Below, one piece after another: positions 44,314-52,700 of a stretch of DNA of 64,000 nt; the stretch's first letter is position 1; each line of letters opens with the position of its first letter. Source of the stretch: Bdellovibrionaceae bacterium UBA2339 (GTDB taxonomy: Bacteria; Bdellovibrionota; Bdellovibrionia; Bdellovibrionales; JAMPXM01); contig DDUL01000056.1 in assembly GCA_002344785.1 (NCBI GenBank), positions 31,752-95,751 on the forward strand, read 5' to 3'. A model generated the notes under the pieces. The model was given only the letters and a program-made list of their open reading frames with translations, was not told the DNA's origin and did no database searches. Both the position numbers and the translations under genes were made by a program.

Positions 44314-46680
44314 ATGTCGAATTCAGAACCGAAGCCGTCGATGAGCGATTCCGGTCAGCGGCAAACTCACCTTGATCATTCCGGCGAAAATACTCTCAAC
44401 GATGCGACGAAGCTTCACCGCGACGTGGCCTTCATTTCTCCTTGGGCGGATGCGCTGCTGGTCGGTGGAATTTCAATTCTTGTCTATTTCGTATTTGGGT
44501 TTTCACGATTGTGGGGAGTCGAAGGATCTTGGGCCGGACAAAATGGGAATCACATCGCTCAGATTGCTTTGTGGGCGAGCGCACTTTCGTGGGTCATCAA
44601 TTACCCTCACTTTAGTGCCACGATCTGGCGGCTCTATGCGCGCCGTGAAACTCGGCAGGAATTTAAGTGGACCACCTGGTGGAGTCCGGTGGTCGCCCTA
44701 TCGGGTTTATTCATGTGTTATTTGGATCCTCAGTTCATGGCTCCGATCTGGGCCAAGTTTTTCATTCTCTGGTCGGGTTATCACTTCTCCGCTCAGAGTT
44801 TGGGCTTTGCGCTTTTGTATTTGCGACGAGACAGGTTTGAAATCACCCGAAGTGAAAGAGTCGGCCTGGGACTACTTGTGTTTGCGCCCTATTTCGGTAG
44901 CTCGATCATGGGTGAGACCGCCGAACGCGGTGCCAACTATTTCTCGCTGGTATTTCCGACCATGGGCTTGCCGGTCATCTATCAAAGTTTGGCGCAAGTT
45001 TTGGTTTACACTGCGCTGTTGATGGGCGTGATCGGCCTGGTGAGAGCCATGGATCGGCGCGAGCGCTGGCCTCATTTTTTGGTCTTTGTGCCGATTGTCG
45101 CTCAATGGGTTTGGTTTTGGCTCGGCAAGCAATCGCCTGAGTTCAATTACTTTGTACCGGCATTTCACAGTTTGCAGTACCTCGCGATCGCCGCGTACAT
45201 GCGGGGCGCGGAATTACAAGATGAGGAATTACAAGATGAGGAATTGCAAGACCAAGTTCAACTCTCGGAACATCCTCCAAAAGACCAACCCAACCACCTA
45301 CAAGGAAACCGGCCAAAGTCCTCTTGGTCGATGCGCACACTAGGTTGGTATGCCTACAATGTCGCAGGTGGTGCGGCGCTGTTTTGGTTCTTCCCGCAGT
45401 CTCTGCGAAAGCTCGGGGATTGGATCGCGCCCGGCACGGTGTATGCGCAAGAGGGGTGGGTGATCCCCGTTGTGCTGGCGACGGTTCAGATTCATCACTT
45501 CTTTGTGGATGGCGTGATCTGGAAACTTCGACATGCTTCAGTTCGAAGAGCTTTGATGCGCCCACATCGACTGCTGAGCTCGGCGCGAGGTTTGAGTTCG
45601 ATTGTGGCGATGCTCGTCTTGGGAAGTGTGCTATTCGGAGCTGAAGCTTACGCGACACAAGACAAAGTTCAGCTGAATGCGGCTCAAACTTCGAATGCTA
45701 TGCCGCGAGGTGGATCGAGAGTTTTGGACCCCGAACATGATCGTCAGAAGTTAGCCGCCGAGCGAGTCTTACTCCGTACGGACTTTGGCGACCTCGTTCT
45801 TGGCTTTTATCCCGAAGTGGCCCCACGACATGTCGCCAGGATTTTGGAGTTGGCTCGGCAAAAGGCATGGGTCGGCTTGGAATTCCCGAGGCTTGTACCG
45901 GGCTTTGTTCTGCAAATTCAAGAGTTGCCCGAGTCCAAGGACGCCGCGCGAGTGCAGCACTTCCAACCCTTGGCTTCTGAGTTTTCAAGCCTTCCTCATG
46001 TCAGAGGTGTGCTGAGTATGGCTCGCAATCCGAATGATGCCAATTCAGCTCGAACTTCTTGGAGCGTGCTGCTGGGTGCGGCTCCGCATCTGGATCGCGA
46101 GTTCACTGTGTTCGGGCGAATTGACCGTGGCGGTCGCGTGCTCGAATTGATAGAGGGACTGGCGGCGCAAGCGGAAGACTCAAAGCCTTGGTATCGAATT
46201 GTTGTGCGCGACATGAGAATTTTGAAAAGCGGCAAAGACGGTGAGAGTCTTTTGCCGGACGACTTTCAAGAAGCGCGATTGCCTGCAGAGTTGGTCACTC
46301 AGTTCAAAGCCAAGATCAGAAGCCAGGCGGATCAGTCGCGGAACATTTCACATCCTGTGTCCTGGACGATGTTGATGTTGCTCTTGTCATTGCTGTTGGC
46401 ACTCGTGGCTTTGAATCCGCCAGAGCGTCTAAAGTTCGCCGAGACGAGTCGCCATCACCGATGGAAGGGCATTCTGAGATATATGCAAGGCTTGTCGATC
46501 TTGCTGCTCGCATTCGGAATCGTGACTTTGGCGTATCAATTTAAGTGGCATGAGACTTGGAGTGCTGGAGTTGTGGGTGGTTTGAGTTTGATGGCGATTT
46601 GGCTCGGATTCCGAAGCGTGAGTGGTCTTGAATTCTCACAAGGGCAAGCCGAAGATCCCGGGCAAGACTCAAAGTCCTAG
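44314..46680 (+). CDS. Polytopic His-motif membrane domain fused to a cyclophilin-type peptidyl-prolyl isomerase domain and C-terminal TM helices
   Basis: N-terminal roughly 430 aa with NYPHF, SGYHFSAQ, FHSLQY and IHHFFVDGVIWK motifs. Cyclophilin core LLRTDFGDLVLGFYPEVAPRHVARILEL...GVLSMARNPNDANSARTSWSVLLG...FTVFGRI. Three further TM helices at the C-terminus. Confidence 0.75.
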   Translation: MSNSEPKPSMSDSGQRQTHLDHSGENTLNDATKLHRDVAFISPWADALLVGGISILVYFVFGFSRLWGVEGSWAGQNGNHIAQIALWASALSWVINYPHFSATIWRLYARRETRQEFKWTTWWSPVVALSGLFMCYLDPQFMAPIWAKFFILWSGYHFSAQSLGFALLYLRRDRFEITRSERVGLGLLVFAPYFGSSIMGETAERGANYFSLVFPTMGLPVIYQSLAQVLVYTALLMGVIGLVRAMDRRERWPHFLVFVPIVAQWVWFWLGKQSPEFNYFVPAFHSLQYLAIAAYMRGAELQDEELQDEELQDQVQLSEHPPKDQPNHLQGNRPKSSWSMRTLGWYAYNVAGGAALFWFFPQSLRKLGDWIAPGTVYAQEGWVIPVVLATVQIHHFFVDGVIWKLRHASVRRALMRPHRLLSSARGLSSIVAMLVLGSVLFGAEAYATQDKVQLNAAQTSNAMPRGGSRVLDPEHDRQKLAAERVLLRTDFGDLVLGFYPEVAPRHVARILELARQKAWVGLEFPRLVPGFVLQIQELPESKDAARVQHFQPLASEFSSLPHVRGVLSMARNPNDANSARTSWSVLLGAAPHLDREFTVFGRIDRGGRVLELIEGLAAQAEDSKPWYRIVVRDMRILKSGKDGESLLPDDFQEARLPAELVTQFKAKIRSQADQSRNISHPVSWTMLMLLLSLLLALVALNPPERLKFAETSRHHRWKGILRYMQGLSILLLAFGIVTLAYQFKWHETWSAGVVGGLSLMAIWLGFRSVSGLEFSQGQAEDPGQDSKS
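45211..45255 (+). repeat. 15-bp tandem repeat x3 (GAATTACAAGATGAG x2 plus a diverged third) encoding EELQD repeats
   Basis: Read directly. In frame, within a loop of the membrane domain. Confidence 0.9.
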
Positions 46681-46724
46681 AACGCGGCTGGTAGAGATTC
46701 ATTTCGATTAGAGGGTTGAGTTCA

Positions 46725-47420
46725 ATGTGTGCATCGTTTCTTTTGCGACAAGCTGACGCGCGCGCCATTTCAGCGGCCTTAGGTGCTCGCATTCACCCCG
46801 ACGCTGAATTGGAGTGGCCGAACTTGACGGAACAAGTTTTGCGGCCGCATCAGCGTGCGATGGTGATCGTTCGTGAGTCAGGGAATTCCGAATTGCGTGC
46901 GATGAATTTTTCTCTCGTCCCGAGATGGTCGAAAGAGCGACGTCCTAAGTTTGCCACGCACAATGCGCGATTGGAGAGCGTCGCCGAGAAGCCAACTTGG
47001 CGCGATGCCTTTCAGAAGCGACCCTGTGTCGTGCCGCTCACCGAGTTTTACGAGCCAATTTATGAAGGAGAATGGGCCGGACATATGGTGGCCTTCTCGC
47101 GATCCGAAGCTCAGTGCTTGTTAGCTGCTGGGATCTGGGAGGAGTGGTTGGATCAAGCGACAGGTGAGGTTTTGCAAAGCTTTGCGATCTTGACGACAGA
47201 TCCGCAGCCAAGTGTTTTGAAGATCGGTCACGATCGCAGTCCGGTGTTTTTGGGTCTTGACGACGCGAGAGCTTGGCTTGCGCAGGCTGACTCACCGGAG
47301 AGCCAAAGACTTAAGGCTGCGGAACGAATCGCGAAGCTCAAGGCCGGCGAAGAGTACTACGAATTCACGGTTCGTTCGCAGCGGGTGATGAAGTCCGCGA
47401 GGGCTCAGCGAACTCGATAG
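46725..47420 (+). CDS. SOS response-associated peptidase (SRAP/YedK family)
   Basis: Starts MCASF (catalytic Cys2 after Met removal). HNARLESVAEKPTWRDAFQKRPCVVPLTEFYE. The listed ORF start 46716 is an upstream TTG. Confidence 0.8.
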   Translation: MCASFLLRQADARAISAALGARIHPDAELEWPNLTEQVLRPHQRAMVIVRESGNSELRAMNFSLVPRWSKERRPKFATHNARLESVAEKPTWRDAFQKRPCVVPLTEFYEPIYEGEWAGHMVAFSRSEAQCLLAAGIWEEWLDQATGEVLQSFAILTTDPQPSVLKIGHDRSPVFLGLDDARAWLAQADSPESQRLKAAERIAKLKAGEEYYEFTVRSQRVMKSARAQRTR

Positions 47421-47989
47421 TGAAGACGGCCGATCGGTTGGCCTTCAAACTGTCGAGCGATACTCTGGCGTTGGAAGAACTCGCTGGGCTTAAAGTCGCG
47501 AATTAGAATTTGGTCTCGCAAGTCCGAATCAAACTCAAGGTTGAAAAACTGCATATCGCAAACGACCCAGTCGCCGCGATCCACGTCATGAGCTTCGGGT
47601 GAACAAATTGCCGTCGCGGTGGCAGGCGAAGTGGCAAGCGACGTCGTTGATCCTGATGACGAGCCTGATGACGAGATAGAAGTTTGCGTGGCCGATCCAG
47701 CGAAGTGACCGAGTTGGGCTTGGCGAATCAGTGTGAACGAATGAGGGCGCCCTGTCAGTGCGGCCGGCAGCTCGAGGCGAAGCTCGTTGGCGGCTCGACC
47801 ATTGGAATTGTAGGCATCCGCGTCCGACTTGATTTCGAAAAATGCGGCGGATTGCAGTTGCGGATCAAGAGTCGGAATTTCATAGATCGCTTTAACGCTC
47901 GCCACGGCGTTGGTTGAAAGCATCATTCCAAAAATGAGGAAACTGAAAGCCTGCTTGATGATGTGCTGAGAGACTTTTCGATTTTGCAT
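47405..47989 (-). CDS. Secreted protein, unknown function (194 aa)
   Basis: Signal MQNRKVSQHIIKQAFSFLIFGMMLSTNAVA, Ser/Gly-rich stretch. 3' end overlaps SRAP by 16 nt. Confidence 0.5.
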   Translation of the reverse strand: MQNRKVSQHIIKQAFSFLIFGMMLSTNAVASVKAIYEIPTLDPQLQSAAFFEIKSDADAYNSNGRAANELRLELPAALTGRPHSFTLIRQAQLGHFAGSATQTSISSSGSSSGSTTSLATSPATATAICSPEAHDVDRGDWVVCDMQFFNLEFDSDLRDQILIRDFKPSEFFQRQSIARQFEGQPIGRLHYRVR

Positions 47990-48048
47990 TTTCACCTTAT
48001 CCCTCGTTATTCGATCGTCGAACCAGTTAGGTTTGGCAGTCCTTGAGT

Positions 48049-50130
48049 TCAGGTCTTTGCAGTAAACTTTCGCAACACATATCGAGTGGCTCGAGTTGCT
48101 CCGAGGCGCTTCACCCAACCTTGCTCTTGGAGCTCATTGAGATCGCGAAGTGCCGTGGCTCGAGAGATGCCGTTGCGATCTCGATGTTCTTCCATCGAAA
48201 TCGATCCCAACTTAGCAATTTCCCTAAGGAGCAGCAACTGACGGAGATTGAGATTTGTGTCGAGGTCTAAGTCGATCGTGGTCGGGGCGTTTGTTGGCAC
48301 CTCCGGACTCCGGCGCGTCGAAGTCATACCAGATATCGAATCCTCTAATGCCAGCGCTTGCGGCGATGATCTCGTCGAAGTTGCTGCGGACTCGGGCGTC
48401 CAGACATGCACTTGCAGTTGGAGGTGATTGAGATGCGGTTTCCAGCGAATGAGTGAGCCGCGACGCTCGATGGCGTCCATACCAAGCTCTTTGCGAATTC
48501 GAGTGAGCGTGACCGCAATCAATCGATCATGAATCTGAGGCTGATACTTGTAGCTCCAAACGAGGTGTACAAAATCCTCGACGTTCACTTCGCCACTTTG
48601 CAGGACTTGCAAGGCTTTCAATAAGGTCGGGCGTCGGCCTAACTGCGTGATGCGTGTGTCGGGCCGATCGAAGATCACCGCAAGTTGATGGGGGAGTCCG
48701 AGCAGCAAGTGCACGGCCTCTGGCTGAAGAGGAGGACGTCCTTCTCGCGTCCAAGCATCCCGCAATGTTCCAAGTAGGCCAGCGCGAAGTGAAGCGAGAA
48801 AGCCGAGATCCAGGGCGTCTCCCAGTTGATCTTCGCCTTTTTTGAAATCTAGGTCCGTGCCCATCGACGTTTTCGCGCTTCGAGCGAAAGTTGGCTTCGA
48901 GTTGGGTCCAATCAATTGTCGCCCAAAAATTCGCTGTGTGATGCGAGCCTCAATTTGAATCTCGCGCTGAGCCTCATTGGCGGGTGAGCGTCGCGCAGTC
49001 TTTGCTGCACGAGTCTGAGTGGCTGAGGCTTGCGTGGGATCGATGACATTGAGTGCGACGAGCATTTGATCCAGCTTTTGTAGAAGCGGAGGATCCAAGA
49101 TCTCATCGCCTCCTTCCGTCAAACAGAACTGTTTGGCGGAAGCGATGGCCAGGCGGGCATCGGACCAGCGTCCATCGAGTCGAGCCAGCCAAGCGAGTCG
49201 GGCATGAAGGAGCGAGGCTTGTGTTCGATTGCGACTCCCGAGAATGGCGTCAGCGGCCAACTCCAAAACTTCTCGAGCGCGACGAACTTGCCCTCGGAGT
49301 GCAAGTTGCTTGGCCAACTCAAGGCGAAGTTCGCTTTGTGAGTAGGAGTCATGCGGCACCCAAGTTTTCAGCGCCATTTCAAGTCGGTGAATGCTGCTTT
49401 TCCAATTCAGTTGCGGAAGTCCGTGGGCCACCTCGTATTTCAATATGGAAATTCGAATGGCGAGTGCTAGGCCCTCATTTTGAAGCCTGTTCGCGATCTT
49501 CAAGGCTTGACGAAGTTGCCGGAGGCCGCGTCGGACTTGCCCCGCGCGGATCAGTGAATGGCCGAACAAGTCGGTTGCCAGAAGTCGAGCAAAGTCCCAA
49601 TTTTCGATTTCGGCTGCGCTCATCGCGCTTTGTGCGAACTCGATGGGTCGTTTGGACTCGCCCGAGAAGTAAGCCATGAAGCCTTGGGCTTGAGCGATGA
49701 AGAAGTCGCTTAAGGCTGAGTTGTCGCTTGCTTTGCTCTGAGTCCGGCGATTGGCGCCGGGTTTGGCATTCGTGATTGTGGATCCGGATGCAGATCCGGA
49801 TGCAGTTGAAGGTCGAGACGAATTCGTCTTCGTGAGTTGCTTGAGGCGAGCTTCAGCGCCGCGCGAGCCTTTGATCTCGCCTGCGCGAGTGAGGCCCAAG
49901 ATCAGAAAGAACTCGACGGCATCCGAATTAGCTTGGTTCGATCCGCGGTGCGAGAGTTTTGAAGCAGGTGCGAGGGCGAGTGCTCGCTCTAAGTCGCCGG
50001 TGAGGACCAAAGCGCCGATGTACCAATGAAGTCCACCACTTCGGCGAAGTTCAGGAAGTGGAAGGCGCAAGATCTCGTCGAATTTTCCGCGGTCGAGGAG
50101 GTCGCGTGAGTGTCGGGCGAGGTCGCGCAT
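48049..50130 (-). CDS. Large putative transcriptional regulator: TPR-like helical repeats plus OmpR-type winged helix plus C-terminal wHTH
   Basis: Helical-repeat N-terminal roughly 400 aa. VEDFVHLVWSYKYQPQIHDRLIAVTLTRIRKELG resembles a Trans_reg_C winged helix. C-terminal LRQLLLLREIAKLGSISMEEHRDRNGISRATALRDLNELQEQGWVKRLG is HTH-like. Confidence 0.55.
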   Translation of the reverse strand: MRDLARHSRDLLDRGKFDEILRLPLPELRRSGGLHWYIGALVLTGDLERALALAPASKLSHRGSNQANSDAVEFFLILGLTRAGEIKGSRGAEARLKQLTKTNSSRPSTASGSASGSTITNAKPGANRRTQSKASDNSALSDFFIAQAQGFMAYFSGESKRPIEFAQSAMSAAEIENWDFARLLATDLFGHSLIRAGQVRRGLRQLRQALKIANRLQNEGLALAIRISILKYEVAHGLPQLNWKSSIHRLEMALKTWVPHDSYSQSELRLELAKQLALRGQVRRAREVLELAADAILGSRNRTQASLLHARLAWLARLDGRWSDARLAIASAKQFCLTEGGDEILDPPLLQKLDQMLVALNVIDPTQASATQTRAAKTARRSPANEAQREIQIEARITQRIFGRQLIGPNSKPTFARSAKTSMGTDLDFKKGEDQLGDALDLGFLASLRAGLLGTLRDAWTREGRPPLQPEAVHLLLGLPHQLAVIFDRPDTRITQLGRRPTLLKALQVLQSGEVNVEDFVHLVWSYKYQPQIHDRLIAVTLTRIRKELGMDAIERRGSLIRWKPHLNHLQLQVHVWTPESAATSTRSSPQALALEDSISGMTSTRRSPEVPTNAPTTIDLDLDTNLNLRQLLLLREIAKLGSISMEEHRDRNGISRATALRDLNELQEQGWVKRLGATRATRYVLRKFTAKT

Positions 50131-50225
50131 GGAGTGAATTATGCATCATTTCGCTTCATTTGTGTAACTACATTCGCATCGCTCCACGACGGCGCAAGTT
50201 CTACAACTGAGGCTGGAGGTGAGCT

Positions 50226-51392
50226 ATGTCGAATACTCAGTTCGTAGTCGCAACTCTTCGGCGAGTGGTCGGGGAGCGTTTGGAAGCGCAGGAGTCGAGG
50301 TCCTCCTCGAATCTGGTGAGAGCTATTGCGGTCTTGGCCATGTTGACGTCGATGTCGACGGCCTGCCAATACAATGACCTCAAGGCCGGCTCTCAGGCCG
50401 CCTCACGTCCTGGAAGTTCGGGCACGGCTCCTCAGCCTGGTGGCGGTGGATCTGGTCCAGGTCCTGGGATCGCGGTTGTCGACTATCAGTTGGTGCGTGA
50501 GCAAATCTTTGTGCCGCATTGCTTGCGATGCCATTCGAGCGAGGCCGGAGGTGTTCGCCGAGGTGGAGTGGCGCTGAACACTTTTGCCGAGGCTCAGCCG
50601 ATTGCGGCGTCGATTGCCGAGCAAATTGAAACAGATCAAATGCCACTTCGGGCACCGGCATTGCCGGGAGATCTCAAAGCCCTCATTCGCGCGTGGGTGG
50701 ATGGCGGGGCTGTCGAAGTGGCACCCGCGTCGGGCGTCCGACCGAGGCTTGGAGATCAGTCGAATTTCCGCCGCTCGAAAGATCATCAGCGTACTTTGGC
50801 TCGAATGAACCCGATTCGCGCCGTGATACAGGGATTGATTCTTCCAAGTGTGAGTGAAGCGAAGTCCTCTCTCGCGTCGATGCCGCAAGTTTATGAATTG
50901 GAAAAGGCCAGTCTCGAGTTTTTGGCGATTGGACGTCCGAGTTTTCTCAAAATTCGCGGTGAAGGTGCTCGACCAGAGGGCGAATTCTCGGTGAAGGACG
51001 GGGAAATTCAGGGAATCGCACATGTCGATTTGCGTAGTCTCAAAACTGGTATTGAGCTTCGCGACGAGCATCTTCACGAGCGGTATGCGCAGACCGACAA
51101 GTACCCAAAGGCCGAGCTGAGTTTCCAGATCGTTCAAGAGCGGATCGGTGCGATCATGGCCGACCAATCGGTGGACTTGCAGATCAGTGTTCCTGGACGA
51201 CTTCGTTGGCGGGAGCGGGAGCACGAGTTGCCTATTCAAGTTCAGCGAAAGAAGTCACAAGTTGAAGTGGAATTCAAATTTCGTTTGAGCGACTTTGGCA
51301 TCGAAACGCCTCAGTATGCTGGAGTCAAGGTCGCCGACGAAGTCCAAGTCAAAGTCCTTTCGCATGTTCGCGCTCGAAAACTTGATCAGTGA
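50226..51392 (+). CDS. Lipoprotein with a PSCyt1-like single CxxCH domain fused to a YceI-like domain
   Basis: LAMLTSMSTAC lipobox-like and a Gly/Pro linker. IFVPHCLRCHS...GVALNTF...QMPL...LKALIRAWVDGGA. C-terminal HVDLRSLKTGIELRDEHLHERYAQTDKYPKAELSF is YceI-like. Confidence 0.6.
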   Translation: MSNTQFVVATLRRVVGERLEAQESRSSSNLVRAIAVLAMLTSMSTACQYNDLKAGSQAASRPGSSGTAPQPGGGGSGPGPGIAVVDYQLVREQIFVPHCLRCHSSEAGGVRRGGVALNTFAEAQPIAASIAEQIETDQMPLRAPALPGDLKALIRAWVDGGAVEVAPASGVRPRLGDQSNFRRSKDHQRTLARMNPIRAVIQGLILPSVSEAKSSLASMPQVYELEKASLEFLAIGRPSFLKIRGEGARPEGEFSVKDGEIQGIAHVDLRSLKTGIELRDEHLHERYAQTDKYPKAELSFQIVQERIGAIMADQSVDLQISVPGRLRWREREHELPIQVQRKKSQVEVEFKFRLSDFGIETPQYAGVKVADEVQVKVLSHVRARKLDQ

Positions 51393-51399
51393 GGTCAAT

Positions 51400-52647
51400 A
51401 TGGACCGTATTCAGATACCTACAAATTCGCGATTCGAGTTTGAGATCAGGCATTCATGGAGAACGCGCAATTTCTTTGAAATGGCACTTCGAGATTTGAA
51501 AGGTCGGAAATTTGCTCAAGGGCTGGTTGTTTTGGCTATGGCACTTCCGTCCATCGCAATGGCCTATCCCGAATTGACTCGGCATGGATCTGTGAGCTGC
51601 ACCACGTGCCACTTGTCGCCTGCAGGTGGTGGTGCATTGACGATCTACGGAAGATCCATGTCTCGCGAAATTTTGAGTCGTTGGGGCGGTCCGAATGAGG
51701 AGAGAGTTCTCCACGGGTTATTGGGTCGTGATCTCGATCAGAAACTTGATGATTTGGGATTGAGGCTGGGTGGTAACGTTCGTGGTCTGCAGTCACACAG
51801 GGAAAACTCCCGAGTTCGACAGGGGCAATTCTTCTTGATGCAGGCGGATCTCAAACTTGGTGTGGAGCTGGAAGAGTGGGTGGCTTACTTGAGTGCGGGT
51901 GAAGTTGAGAATCCTCGGTCGAGTGAGCCGCGAAGAACGCTAAACTCTTCGGAGCACTGGGTGATGTGGCGGCCCTCGACTGAAACTCAACAGTGGGGCG
52001 TGCGCGGAGGGCGTTTCCCGCTCACTTTTGGCGGCCTGCAAGCGGATCATACATTGAGCGTGCGAAAGCTGATGTCGTTGGGACTTTCGAGCGCTCGCAC
52101 AAGTCTGGAGATTTCAGGTGCTGGGGAAGAGCAAACTTGGCAGCTCGGCGTCTCGATGCCAGCAAGTGGAAGTCCTCGCGATGAAGAGGAGCGGGCTTTA
52201 GCCGCGCGAGTCGATCGAGGCTGGTCGAAGAGTTGGCGGGCGGGCGCGAGTCTTTGGCGAGGAGAGCTTCGCGATGGATCGCGAGTCGCGGGAAGCTTTC
52301 ATGCACTGGGAAGCTGGAAAGAAGTAGGTCTCAAGCCCTATCTGCAAGTTGAGTCATTGCATCTTCTTCGGCGTCGCGACCAGCTTGCCGACGTGGTGTC
52401 ACACGCTATGCTTTTGCGAAACGGATTAGAGTTGACGCGTGGACTATTTGGAATATTGCAGATTCAGCACGAGCGAGGCGACGTGCAGTTGCATGCGAGC
52501 GAAGTCAATCGCTATGGATTGGGTTTGCAGGTGTTTCCGCGCCCGCACTTTGAGATCTACGGATTGTGGCACAGAGTTCATCGTCCGTTCGCGAGCCTCG
52601 ACACATGGAGCGATGAAGCCTTTGCGGTTTTTCACTATTACTTGTGA
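51400..52647 (+). CDS. Exported protein with N-terminal CxxCH motif and predicted beta-barrel body (415 aa)
   Basis: GAGG Shine-Dalgarno 6 nt before ATG 51400. Signal FAQGLVVLAMALPSIAMA, then HGSVSCTTCHLSPAGGGALTIYGR. About 330 aa of alternating hydrophobic/polar strands ending in the aromatic tail FAVFHYYL. Confidence 0.55.
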   Translation: MDRIQIPTNSRFEFEIRHSWRTRNFFEMALRDLKGRKFAQGLVVLAMALPSIAMAYPELTRHGSVSCTTCHLSPAGGGALTIYGRSMSREILSRWGGPNEERVLHGLLGRDLDQKLDDLGLRLGGNVRGLQSHRENSRVRQGQFFLMQADLKLGVELEEWVAYLSAGEVENPRSSEPRRTLNSSEHWVMWRPSTETQQWGVRGGRFPLTFGGLQADHTLSVRKLMSLGLSSARTSLEISGAGEEQTWQLGVSMPASGSPRDEEERALAARVDRGWSKSWRAGASLWRGELRDGSRVAGSFHALGSWKEVGLKPYLQVESLHLLRRRDQLADVVSHAMLLRNGLELTRGLFGILQIQHERGDVQLHASEVNRYGLGLQVFPRPHFEIYGLWHRVHRPFASLDTWSDEAFAVFHYYL

Positions 52648-52700
52648 AACACTGCATAGAATGATGCTTTCGCACGCGAGCTTCGCCAAGACTGAGGCGC

